Shown piece by piece: positions 18,688 through 28,002 of a stretch of DNA of 64,000 nucleotides. This DNA is from an uncultured virus (IMG/VR IMGVR_UViG_3300016474_001145) (Duplodnaviria; Heunggongvirae; Uroviricota; Caudoviricetes), in IMG/VR virus record IMGVR_UViG_3300016474_001145, positions 1 through 64,000 of that record; one strand, written 5' to 3'. Within the stretch, counting starts at the first letter, position 1. Each line of letters opens with the position of its first letter. The notes under the pieces were generated by a model, which saw only the letters and a list, made by a program, of their open reading frames with translations, was not told the origin of the DNA and did not search any database. Made by a program: the position numbers and the translations under genes.

Positions 18688-19657
18688 TAATATAATTGTA
18701 ACAGGAGCCGCTGGATATATCGGTGGTATTACTTGTATTGAATTAAAGAAGAAAGGTTATAATGTCTATGGTATAGATAGACGTCATATGCCTCATCTAA
18801 ACAAATTTTACGATGAGTTTATTCAAACTGATTTTACAGATTATGAAGCATACCTTTTAATCAAGCGAGTCAAACCTGCAGCAATTATTCATTGTGCCGG
18901 AACAAGTTTAGTTGGTCCTAGTTTCAAAATGCCTGGGGTCTACTTTGATAACAACGTGGCAAGAACAAATAGACTACTTAATTTCATCAAAGATGAAATA
19001 CCTGAAACTAAATTTATCTTTAGTAGTAGCGCATCAGTTTATGGTAATTGGAATAAGGAGGCTTATAGAGAGTACAATGAAACTAAGCCGGTATCTCCTT
19101 ATGGTCAAACTAAATTAATGGTTGAAGAAATTTTAACCTGGTATAAACAGGCGTATAATTTGAAATATGTTTCTTTGAGGTATTTTAATGCGTGTGGCGC
19201 GGATCCTGATTCGCAACATGGCCAAGAACCAAATGCAACACATATATTTGCAAAATTATTTGAGGCAGCTTATAATGATACACCATTCAATTTAAATGGT
19301 GATAACTTTTATACAAAGGATAAAACTTGTGTACGAGATTACGTTCATGTGACAGATATTGCCGAAGCACATATAAAATGTATTGACACTGATACGCAAG
19401 GAATATATAATTTAGGAAGCTACAAAGGCACGTCTAATTTAGAGTGTCTTAAATATGTTGAAACAATACTAAATAAAAAAATTGTAGTAAATGTACAACC
19501 AGCACGTGCAGGCGACCCTGCGATTCTCATAGCTGATTCATGCAAATTTCAATCTAAAACAGGATGGAAAGCATGGCGAACTTTACCTATGGTTGTCAGT
19601 CATTTGAAAAATTGGTACGAATCTAGTACCTACAATAATTATGTAAAGCGGTCTTAA
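18665..19657 (+). CDS. galE: UDP-glucose 4-epimerase-like SDR
   Basis: TGAAGYIG, FSSSASVYG, YGQTK, LRYFNACGA, VRDYVHV. Confidence 0.88.
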   Translation: MSQNLNTNNIIVTGAAGYIGGITCIELKKKGYNVYGIDRRHMPHLNKFYDEFIQTDFTDYEAYLLIKRVKPAAIIHCAGTSLVGPSFKMPGVYFDNNVARTNRLLNFIKDEIPETKFIFSSSASVYGNWNKEAYREYNETKPVSPYGQTKLMVEEILTWYKQAYNLKYVSLRYFNACGADPDSQHGQEPNATHIFAKLFEAAYNDTPFNLNGDNFYTKDKTCVRDYVHVTDIAEAHIKCIDTDTQGIYNLGSYKGTSNLECLKYVETILNKKIVVNVQPARAGDPAILIADSCKFQSKTGWKAWRTLPMVVSHLKNWYESSTYNNYVKRS

Positions 19658-19690
19658 GACGCTCATCCCGCTTAATAAATTCTGCGTGTC
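19645..19690 (+). ncRNA. Candidate preQ1-I-like riboswitch variant upstream of queD
   Basis: P1 AAGCGG/CCGCUU, loop ending CAUC, A-rich tail AAUAAAUUCU, loop ACGC complementary to tail GCGU (pseudoknot). Confidence 0.45.
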
Positions 19691-19716
19691 ATCAAACTTA
19701 CTCAACGAGGCAAGAG

Positions 19717-20226
19717 ATGGCTTTAATCAACTTATCAAGACCATACAAATACACTAGTACAAAAGAATATCATGACGCATTTCCCTGTGCATATAGACAA
19801 TGGCGAGCCGATAGTCATTGTAATATGATACATGGTTATAGTTTTTCAATGAAGTTTTATTTCGGCACAGATCAACTAGATGTTCGTAATTGGGCAGCTG
19901 ATTATGGTGGTCTAAAGGAACTGAAAAAAATTCTAGAAGATCAGTTCGATCATACTTTATTGGTAGCCCAAGATGATCCAGAGCTTGATACATTTAAATT
20001 ATTACAAAAAAAGAAGATGGCTAAACTAACTATTCTACCAAGACTTGGATGCGAAGGTTTAGCAGATATGTTATATAAGTATGTCAACGGAGTTTATATT
20101 CCAGACATGTGGGGATTAGGCGAGCACAATCGCCTATGGTGTTATCGTGTGGAAGTAAGAGAGACACAGAGTAATATGGCTTTCAGAGAAGGACATCGAG
20201 AATGGAACGAGGATCTATTTAACTAA
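19717..20226 (+). CDS. queD: 6-carboxy-5,6,7,8-tetrahydropterin synthase
   Basis: RQWRADSHCNMIHGYS, FDHTLLV, GCEGLA, VEVRET. Confidence 0.88.
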   Translation: MALINLSRPYKYTSTKEYHDAFPCAYRQWRADSHCNMIHGYSFSMKFYFGTDQLDVRNWAADYGGLKELKKILEDQFDHTLLVAQDDPELDTFKLLQKKKMAKLTILPRLGCEGLADMLYKYVNGVYIPDMWGLGEHNRLWCYRVEVRETQSNMAFREGHREWNEDLFN

Positions 20227-20810
20227 TGTTGAAATTCTATAAAAAGATAATATCAGACGATACTGCTGATGCTATTTACCATGCAATAATGGGTAAATTT
20301 TTTAAAGATCCAGATCGTTCATATGAACATAAGAATCCGGCTACTAATTTTCATTCTTTTGGTTTCATGAACGTAACAGAAACATTCATTGAAATAGAAC
20401 GAATAAAGAATATAATAAAAGAGGATTTCGGTGATGGATACGAGTTTACACATACGTATTCTAGAATATATCCGGATAATTCTATTCTTAATCCTCATAT
20501 AGATAGAGAAGGATTAGATCTTACTCTTACAGTTAATGTATTCAATAATCCAGATAATCAATGGCCTATTCTATTCTCTAAAGTTCCTATATCAAAAGAA
20601 CTTATAAATGACACTGAATCTACAATTGGTTATTCTAATACTTCATATACCATTCTAAAAGAATATCTAGACGATTATGAAACTATAATTACTGATAAAG
20701 GTGATGGTGCATGCTGCACGAGAGAGGTAGTTCATTGGAGAGAAAGATTTAAAATAAAATATGAGGGTGAACATTATGTACAGGTGTTCTATCATTGGAA
20801 AAAAATATGA
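20226..20810 (+). CDS. 2OG-Fe(II) oxygenase-like protein
   Basis: YSRIY..LNPHIDR (HxD), HWRE, QVFYHW. Confidence 0.7.
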   Translation: MLKFYKKIISDDTADAIYHAIMGKFFKDPDRSYEHKNPATNFHSFGFMNVTETFIEIERIKNIIKEDFGDGYEFTHTYSRIYPDNSILNPHIDREGLDLTLTVNVFNNPDNQWPILFSKVPISKELINDTESTIGYSNTSYTILKEYLDDYETIITDKGDGACCTREVVHWRERFKIKYEGEHYVQVFYHWKKI

Positions 20811-21853
20811 AAATATGTTTACTTGGAGATACACATTTCGGAGCAAGAAACGATTCAAAGACATTTCATAGTTATTTTAAAAAATTTTATGATCTATTTT
20901 TTGATTATTTAGATCAGAATAAAATTGAATACATTATTCAATTAGGAGATCTATTTGATAGAAGAAAGTATATAAATTTTTTGACTTTATCTGAATCGAA
21001 AAAATATTTCTTTGATAGAATAGAGAATAGAGGCATCAAATTAATATCCTTACTAGGTAACCATGATATATTTTGGAAAGAAAGCTTATCAGTTAATTCT
21101 CCAGAATTATTGCTTCAAAATTACAACTATATAGATATCATTTACAATCCAACTACTATAAAATGTGGTGGTGTGCCTATAGATATTATTCCTTGGATAT
21201 GTAAAGAAAATGAACAAAGTGTTTTTGAGTTTGTAACTAAATCTAATTCTAAAATTTGTATGGGACACTTTGAATTAGCAGGTTTCGAAATGATGAAAGG
21301 AGTTCCTAATCATGATGGTATTGACGGAAAGTTCTTAAGTAATTATAATCATGTTTACAGCGGACATTATCATACTGCATCTTCTAAAGGTAATATTACT
21401 TATCTTGGCACTCCATACGAATTAACATGGTCAGATTATAACGATCCAAAAGGATTTTATATCTTAGACTTGGATTCTAAAGAAGTTGAGTTTGTAAAAA
21501 ATCCTTTCTCGATGTTTGAGAAATTTTATTATAATGATGCTGAAGAACAAAAAATTGATTACACAAATTTTGAAGATAAATTTGTAAAGATCATAGTAGT
21601 AAACAAATCTGATTTTACTAAGTTTGATACTTTAGTAGATAATCTATACAAAATAAATCCTGCAGAAGTAAAGATTATCGAAGACATGTCTGAGTTTGAA
21701 AGCTCAGCCGTAGATGATAATCTAAATTTAGAAGACACAATGACCTTATTGTCTGAGTATGTTGATGGTTTAGAAACTGATGCAGATAAACAAAAGCTAA
21801 AAAATCTTCTTAGAGAACTTTACGTAGAAGCACATGATTATGAGGAAACATGA
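20807..21853 (+). CDS. gp47: Recombination endonuclease subunit (Mre11/SbcD-like)
   Basis: GDTHFG, LGDLFD, GNHD, SGHYH. Confidence 0.95.
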   Translation: MKICLLGDTHFGARNDSKTFHSYFKKFYDLFFDYLDQNKIEYIIQLGDLFDRRKYINFLTLSESKKYFFDRIENRGIKLISLLGNHDIFWKESLSVNSPELLLQNYNYIDIIYNPTTIKCGGVPIDIIPWICKENEQSVFEFVTKSNSKICMGHFELAGFEMMKGVPNHDGIDGKFLSNYNHVYSGHYHTASSKGNITYLGTPYELTWSDYNDPKGFYILDLDSKEVEFVKNPFSMFEKFYYNDAEEQKIDYTNFEDKFVKIIVVNKSDFTKFDTLVDNLYKINPAEVKIIEDMSEFESSAVDDNLNLEDTMTLLSEYVDGLETDADKQKLKNLLRELYVEAHDYEET

Positions 21854-23562
21854 TTTATTTTCGTACTATTCGCTGGCGTAATTTTTTATCGACAGGAAAT
21901 CAGTTTACAGTAGTTGAACTAGACAAACATCCAACTACACTTGTTATTGGTGAAAATGGTGCTGGCAAAAGTACCATTCTTGATGCTATTTGTTTTGGTT
22001 TATTTGGCAAAGCATTTCGAAATATAAACAAGCCTCAACTTGTAAATTCAATCAACCAAAAAAATTGTGTTGTCGAGATAGAGTTTCGTATTGGTAAAAA
22101 AGAATATAAAGTAACACGGGGAATGAAACCTGGTATTTTTGAAATATATCAAGACAATAATATCATCAATCAAGATGCTGCAGTAAAAGATTATCAAAAA
22201 TATTTTGAGGATAAGATTCTCAAGCTTAACTATAAATCATTCACTCAAATAGTTATACTTGGTTCTGCTTCGTTTACGCCTTTTATGCAATTAGCACAGG
22301 GTATACGACGAGAAGTTATTGAGGATATTCTTGATATACAAATATTCAGTGTAATGAATACACTATTAAAAACTCGTATTGTAGACTTAAAAGATAAAAT
22401 ACGAGAAATAGATTCTCAGATAGAACTAGGGAAACAAAAGGTAAAACTGCAACAAGATTATATCAAGCAGATTGAGGATGATCAAAAGAAAAGAAATGAC
22501 GACATACAAGCTAAAATCGACAAGGCTAATCAAGATATCAAAGAGCTTGAAAAAGAAAGCAGTAGCCTCACAGAAAGATACAACCATCTCAAGGATTCGG
22601 TTAAGGATGACAATGAGATCTCTGCCCGAAAAACTGAGATGGTTGCTCTTTACAAGTCATTACAAGCAAGAATTAAAAAAGTTGAAAGTGATATCGTATT
22701 CTACGAAGAACATGACTCATGCCCGACTTGTGCTCAAATTATATCTACAGAACTTAAAACTACAACAATCCACAAACACACACATAAAAAAGAAGAAATC
22801 AGTAGTGCAGTTGATTCGCTCTACAACAAAATGCAAGAAATTGAAATTAGAGCTGATGAAATTATTGAAGCCAAACAACAGATTGTTGAGTTACAAAATA
22901 AGATCACAGAATGCAACGCAAACATTATTGCCCAACAAAATTATATCAAAGCGATACAGACAGAAACAGCACCTGAAACTAATTCAGAAGACGTTCTGGC
23001 TCTCGCAAAGGGAACACTCAAAATACTTGCCAAAGAAGTTGTATCGGCGTCAGAGGGTAAGAGTAAACTCAAAGAAGATTCGTATTATCTTGATGCCGCT
23101 TCCACGTTACTTAAAGATACTGGGATCAAGACTCGTATTATAAAACAGTACTTACCAGTTATCAATAAGTTGGTAAATAAATACTTAACAGCAATGGACT
23201 TCTTTGTTTCATTTGAACTGGATGAGGCATTCAATGAAACAATTAAATCTAGACATAGAGATGATTTTAGTTATGCCTCTTTTAGTGAAGGCGAAAAACA
23301 GAGAATAGATTTGGCATTACTATTTACATGGCGCACTATTGCAAAGATGAAAAATAGTGCAGCTACAAATCTATTATTGTTAGATGAGGTATTTGATTCA
23401 AGTTTAGATTCTAATGGGACAGAGTTTGTGATGACATTACTTAATACAATAGGTGAGGATGTAAATGTATTTGTCATTTCACATAAGGGCGATCAGTTGC
23501 TTGATAAGTTTAAAAATCAGATACGATTTGAAAAGCATCAAAATTTTTCCAGGGTAATATAA
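21850..23562 (+). CDS. gp46: Recombination endonuclease ATPase (Rad50/SbcC-like)
   Basis: GENGAGKS, CPTC zinc hook, FSEGEKQRID, LLDEVFD. Confidence 0.96.
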   Translation: MIYFRTIRWRNFLSTGNQFTVVELDKHPTTLVIGENGAGKSTILDAICFGLFGKAFRNINKPQLVNSINQKNCVVEIEFRIGKKEYKVTRGMKPGIFEIYQDNNIINQDAAVKDYQKYFEDKILKLNYKSFTQIVILGSASFTPFMQLAQGIRREVIEDILDIQIFSVMNTLLKTRIVDLKDKIREIDSQIELGKQKVKLQQDYIKQIEDDQKKRNDDIQAKIDKANQDIKELEKESSSLTERYNHLKDSVKDDNEISARKTEMVALYKSLQARIKKVESDIVFYEEHDSCPTCAQIISTELKTTTIHKHTHKKEEISSAVDSLYNKMQEIEIRADEIIEAKQQIVELQNKITECNANIIAQQNYIKAIQTETAPETNSEDVLALAKGTLKILAKEVVSASEGKSKLKEDSYYLDAASTLLKDTGIKTRIIKQYLPVINKLVNKYLTAMDFFVSFELDEAFNETIKSRHRDDFSYASFSEGEKQRIDLALLFTWRTIAKMKNSAATNLLLLDEVFDSSLDSNGTEFVMTLLNTIGEDVNVFVISHKGDQLLDKFKNQIRFEKHQNFSRVI

Positions 23563-24137
23563 TGTTAATTGTTAGAAAAGATCAAACTAAACTTGTAGAA
23601 TCCAATTCACCTGTACTATTTAAAAGACCTGAAGATTATGATTTCACTAATGATGGTGATCCTACTGCTTTAGTGAATGTTCTTTTTGATAGAATGAAAG
23701 AACTAGGCGGAATAGGTTTAAGTGCAAATCAAGTAGGAGTGGACAGAAGAATATTTGTTATGGGAATTGAAACACCTATAGCGGTTATCAATCCTGAAAT
23801 TCTAGAATGCACCACTAAAGAAGAATCATTTAGAGAAGGATGTCTGACCTTCCCGGGACTGTTTCTTTATGTAACTAGACCAGTGTCGATAAGAGTTAAA
23901 TTTCAAACTGTAAAAGGTGATGTTGTTGAAACAGAAATGACTGGCATCACTGCTAGAGTATTTCAACACGAGTACGATCATATGGAAGGCAAACTTTTTA
24001 CTGAAAGAGTTTCAAAGATGAAATTGGATTTAGCTAAAAAGAGATACGCTAATCTCAAAAAGAAAATTGTCAGAAAACATGCAGTTAAAACAATGATCGA
24101 GGCCTTAAATGAGTCAATTAAATCTGAACGAGTATGA
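23562..24137 (+). CDS. def: Peptide deformylase
   Basis: GIGLSANQVG, EGCLT, QHEYDH. Confidence 0.92.
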   Translation: MLIVRKDQTKLVESNSPVLFKRPEDYDFTNDGDPTALVNVLFDRMKELGGIGLSANQVGVDRRIFVMGIETPIAVINPEILECTTKEESFREGCLTFPGLFLYVTRPVSIRVKFQTVKGDVVETEMTGITARVFQHEYDHMEGKLFTERVSKMKLDLAKKRYANLKKKIVRKHAVKTMIEALNESIKSERV

Positions 24138-24513
24138 TAATTTTGATTTTGGATTTACAGCTGTAGATTCAGAAGAACCTGTATCTGAAAAACCTGTACA
24201 AGAAATCGTTCAACCGGTCAATGACGAATTAGATAAAATTAAGAAAATAGTTAACGACATTTATACCAAGGTAGATTCTTTAGAAGAAATTATAAAGGCT
24301 AGCGCCGGCAATAATTTTGATATAGACGCATATAAAGCATTAGTAGACAAAGAGTCCAGCGAGAAACTTAAAAAATTGGAGGGGTTGATACTACCCCTTT
24401 TACTGAACTTGAAAAAGAATCCAGGCAAAGATACTATTAAATGGCCGAATAGAGAGCCAATTATTGATGCTCAGATATCCAAAATTTTAGCAATAACTAG
24501 ACCATCGCAGTAA
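24109..24513 (+). CDS. Conserved hypothetical protein
   Basis: DFGFTAVD N-terminus; LILPLLLNLKKNP...WPNR C-terminus. Confidence 0.7.
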   Translation: MSQLNLNEYDNFDFGFTAVDSEEPVSEKPVQEIVQPVNDELDKIKKIVNDIYTKVDSLEEIIKASAGNNFDIDAYKALVDKESSEKLKKLEGLILPLLLNLKKNPGKDTIKWPNREPIIDAQISKILAITRPSQ

Positions 24514-24593
24514 GTCATTGATATTGTTAATACTTTATTTTTTTACCTTAAACCACAAAAAGCATTGACACCGAATACTAACTAATATATAAT
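24511..24593 (+). promoter_or_regulatory. Consensus sigma70 promoter with upstream IHF-consensus site
   Basis: TTGACA(24565)-17-TATAAT(24588); 24511-24523 reverse-complements to TATCAATGACTTA (WATCAANNNNTTR). Confidence 0.75.
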
Positions 24594-24617
24594 TAGACAT
24601 ATAGTGAGGAGCCACAT

Positions 24618-26768
24618 ATGTCTTTGTCAAATATCGCCAATCCAAAGTCAATTCTAGCAAAATTGCTAGCTCAAGAAAATCTCATCGTAGAACATAAGAA
24701 AACCCACACTGCATCTTTCGATCCGAAGAATCGTGTTCTAACACTCCCTATTTGGAAAGAAATGTCTGTAGACATCTATGATCTTTTAGTTGGTCATGAA
24801 GTGGGACATGCGTGGGAAACTCCACCTCAAGGATGGCATACTGCTATCGAGAAAAAAGGCAAAGGATTCAGGTCTTTTCTCAATGTTGTAGAAGATGCTC
24901 GCATTGAAAAGAAAATTAAGAATCGTTATCCTGGTCTTCGAGGTCCTTTTTATCGAGGATATCGAGAACTATTTGACTCCGACTTTTTTGGTGTGGATGA
25001 ATCAAAGGTTAGCAATTTGTCTTTGATTGATCGTTTAAACTTACATTTCAAAATTGGTTCGTTGTTGAATGTACCATTTGAACAGCACGAAAAAACTTAT
25101 GTTGATAGAATGGAAAAACTCGATACTTGGGACGATGTATACGCACTAGCTGAGGAGTTATACACATACCACAAGGAAAATCCTACCACAGATTTTGACG
25201 AATTGGGTTATGATGAAGATGGATATGAGGAGGGAGATGAATATGAAGAAGGAGATGAGGAAGAGAGTAAGTTAGGTAGTAAAGGATCTAGATCAGGGGA
25301 TGAATATGAGCCTGTATCTGAGACAGATCGTTCTTTCAGAGCCAAGGAAGCAACACTTTTGTCTGATGACTTACATCCTTATGTATATGCTAATTTACCT
25401 AAAGTAGAATTAGAAAAAGCAATCATAGATTTTAAGGTGCTGTACAATGGTTGTGACTTTTCAGCATGGGACAATTTTCATGCATACGTTTCTAAACACT
25501 ATGCTTCTATGCCTGAATCTATGTCAGATAAAGTATTAACAACTTTTGATAAAAGTCGTTTGTATAATGAATACAAAGAAAAGAACATGAAATTTATCAT
25601 GTACTTGGTCAAAGAATTTGAACTCAAAAGAAATGCTAGCCAGTTCATGCGTGCTAGTGTATCCAAAACAGGTGAACTTGATACTAATAAAGTTTGGTCT
25701 TATAAGTTAAAAGAAGATCTATTCAAGCGAGTAACTAAGTTACCAAACGGTAAGAACCATGGTATGGTCATGTATGTGGATTGGTCTGGTTCTATGAGTG
25801 CGAATATCTCTAATACTATTGAGCAAACTTTGATACTAGCAGACTTCTGCAAAAAGGTTTCTATTCCTTTTGAGGTGTTTGCCTTTTCTGATAATTCTTA
25901 TCTCAGTGGATTAAAATATGGGACACATGATTCATCATACAGAAAAGAAAAGTTTTCTAAACGCAATAAAGATTTAGCTATTGATGGGCGTAATGTTTAT
26001 CTCATCAATCTTCTATCTAATAGAATGAGTAAAGCAGAATATAGAAATGCGCAGCATAGACTTTTACAACTTGGTGCAGCATTTGATTCCTCGGATGATG
26101 ATTACGAAAATCGTTACGTAAGATCATTGAGAACGCACACTGTGCCTAAGTATTTGACATTACATGGCACTCCTTTAGATGAGTCGATTATATTGGCTAC
26201 GTATTTTATTGAACAGTTCAAGGCAGCTAATAAATTAGATGTGGCAAATACTATCTTTTTAACTGATGGTGATGGCGCAGAAACTAGATGCATCTGGGAA
26301 AATGGACACTACAGAGCTCTAGCATCTGAAGCAGGATCCAAAATGTATAACGCAGTATTAAAGGATCCTGCAACTGGTATTGTAGTTACTTGTAAGCCAA
26401 ATGAACCAATGACAGTTGGTTTACTAAAAATGATGAAGGCTAAGACTAATACTAATTTGGTTGGATACTTTATTAGTACCCGTTCTATGAAAACTACAAT
26501 TAATTACATGGCTAACTTATATGGACAGCATGTGGATCTAGAAGAAGCTGCTAGATTTTCTAGAAAGAATAAGTATTTTGGTTTGGATAATACTGGATAT
26601 GATAAGTATTTTTTAGTGCTAAGTAAAGATCTTGAAGTCCAAGAGTCCAAAATTGACGTAAAAGATGACTTCAATAAGCGTGAATTACTAAAAGCATTTG
26701 TATCTAACCAAAAGAATAAGGTGTTGAATCGCATTCTTTTGAACAAGTTTATTGAACAAATTGCTTGA
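24618..26768 (+). CDS. Peptidase-like/vWA domain protein (CobT-like)
   Basis: GHEVGH, NVVEDARIE, MIDAS DWSGSM, GTPL, LTDGDG. Confidence 0.85.
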   Translation: MSLSNIANPKSILAKLLAQENLIVEHKKTHTASFDPKNRVLTLPIWKEMSVDIYDLLVGHEVGHAWETPPQGWHTAIEKKGKGFRSFLNVVEDARIEKKIKNRYPGLRGPFYRGYRELFDSDFFGVDESKVSNLSLIDRLNLHFKIGSLLNVPFEQHEKTYVDRMEKLDTWDDVYALAEELYTYHKENPTTDFDELGYDEDGYEEGDEYEEGDEEESKLGSKGSRSGDEYEPVSETDRSFRAKEATLLSDDLHPYVYANLPKVELEKAIIDFKVLYNGCDFSAWDNFHAYVSKHYASMPESMSDKVLTTFDKSRLYNEYKEKNMKFIMYLVKEFELKRNASQFMRASVSKTGELDTNKVWSYKLKEDLFKRVTKLPNGKNHGMVMYVDWSGSMSANISNTIEQTLILADFCKKVSIPFEVFAFSDNSYLSGLKYGTHDSSYRKEKFSKRNKDLAIDGRNVYLINLLSNRMSKAEYRNAQHRLLQLGAAFDSSDDDYENRYVRSLRTHTVPKYLTLHGTPLDESIILATYFIEQFKAANKLDVANTIFLTDGDGAETRCIWENGHYRALASEAGSKMYNAVLKDPATGIVVTCKPNEPMTVGLLKMMKAKTNTNLVGYFISTRSMKTTINYMANLYGQHVDLEEAARFSRKNKYFGLDNTGYDKYFLVLSKDLEVQESKIDVKDDFNKRELLKAFVSNQKNKVLNRILLNKFIEQIA

Positions 26769-26793
26769 CCTTTTATTCAAATTAATTTATAAT
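26765..26793 (+). promoter_or_regulatory. Sigma70-type promoter
   Basis: TTGACC-17-TATAAT. Confidence 0.65.
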
Positions 26794-26812
26794 AAGATAT
26801 GTACAACGTGGA

Positions 26813-27994
26813 GTGTTTATTATGAAATTGACTGATTCGCAGAAAGCTAAAATTGTGTCTGATCTTCGAGATGTTTTTGGTTCGACAGTCACTCGAAAGA
26901 ATTTGATTGCTTTTTTTAAAGATAAATCAATGGCTATTCCTAATTGGTTAGTCAACGGAGCCGAGTATCGTTTAGACAAAGGTTTAATTTCTCTCTCAGG
27001 AGTAAGTGAAGTGGTAGTTAAAGAAGCACCTGTTGTAGAACAGGACATGGCAATTGCAATGCAAGCACAAGTTGTTCCCTTACGACAAAAGAAAATGCTA
27101 ACAGAAGTTGGCAATCTTGTCCCCGACAAGGATGAGACTTATGTGCCTTTTGGATTCTTTAGAGACTTAGAATCCATCATTAAGTCTAAGCAATTCTATC
27201 CTTTATTCATTACCGGGTTGACTGGTAATGGTAAGACTACCATGGTGGAGCAAGTATGTGCTAAGTTGAAACGAGAAGTTATTCGAGTAAACGTAAGTAT
27301 CGAAACAGACGAGGATGACCTTGTAGGTGGTTCTACTCTTATTGATGGCAACGTAACGTTCCGTGAGGGTCCTGTTATTACTGCAATGCGACGCGGTGCT
27401 ATTCTATTGATTGACGAAATCGATCGAGGCAGTAATAAGCTAATGTGTATCCAAGGTATTCTAGAAGGCAAGCCATACTTTATTAAGAAAACAGGCGAAG
27501 TAGTTTCTGGCGCTCCTGGATTCAACGTAGTAGCTACAGCAAATACTAAGGGCCGAGGCACAGATGACGGCAAGTATATTGCAGCACAAATTCTAGACGA
27601 GGCATTTCTCGAGCGTTTCCCTGTTACTGTTGAACAAGAATATCCTACGTCTGTTATTGAAAAGAAAATTATTATAAATAACATGGAAGCATTGGAGTGT
27701 GCTGACGAAGACTTTGCAGACAAACTAGTCAATTGGGCAGAGATTATTCGTAAGACTTTCACTGAAGGTGCTATTGATGAGATTGTATCCACAAGACGCC
27801 TTGTTCATATTGTAAAGGCTTATTCTGTATTCAAGGATAGGCAGAAAGCAATTAATCTTTGTATCAATCGTTTTGACTCAGATACAAAGGCTGCTTTCCT
27901 TGATCTTTATCAGAAAATGGATTTGCCACCAGGTGAACAAAAGAAAGAGGACGAGAATGTCCGTCTAAATATTGAGGAAGAAATTCCATTCTAA
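26813..27994 (+). CDS. MoxR/CobS-like AAA+ ATPase
   Basis: GLTGNGKT, LLIDEID, ATANTKGRG, AFLERF, STRRL; partner of upstream vWA protein. Confidence 0.9.
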   Translation: MFIMKLTDSQKAKIVSDLRDVFGSTVTRKNLIAFFKDKSMAIPNWLVNGAEYRLDKGLISLSGVSEVVVKEAPVVEQDMAIAMQAQVVPLRQKKMLTEVGNLVPDKDETYVPFGFFRDLESIIKSKQFYPLFITGLTGNGKTTMVEQVCAKLKREVIRVNVSIETDEDDLVGGSTLIDGNVTFREGPVITAMRRGAILLIDEIDRGSNKLMCIQGILEGKPYFIKKTGEVVSGAPGFNVVATANTKGRGTDDGKYIAAQILDEAFLERFPVTVEQEYPTSVIEKKIIINNMEALECADEDFADKLVNWAEIIRKTFTEGAIDEIVSTRRLVHIVKAYSVFKDRQKAINLCINRFDSDTKAAFLDLYQKMDLPPGEQKKEDENVRLNIEEEIPF

Positions 27995-28002
27995 GGAGAT
28001 GT

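Noticed and set aside
22472..23143. 223-aa alternative-frame ORF inside gp46
   Set aside because: Lies in the coiled-coil region, non-ATG start, no motifs; likely a codon-bias shadow
27196..27792. Long antisense ORFs (also 17683..18204, 32788..33189, 35395..35829 and similar)
   Set aside because: Fully overlap well-supported genes on the other strand, with no RBS or motifs
24618..27994. Cobalamin biosynthesis (cobT/cobS)
   Set aside because: No cobN or other cob genes; vWA + MoxR-type AAA pairs are general chaperone-like modules in T4-like phages
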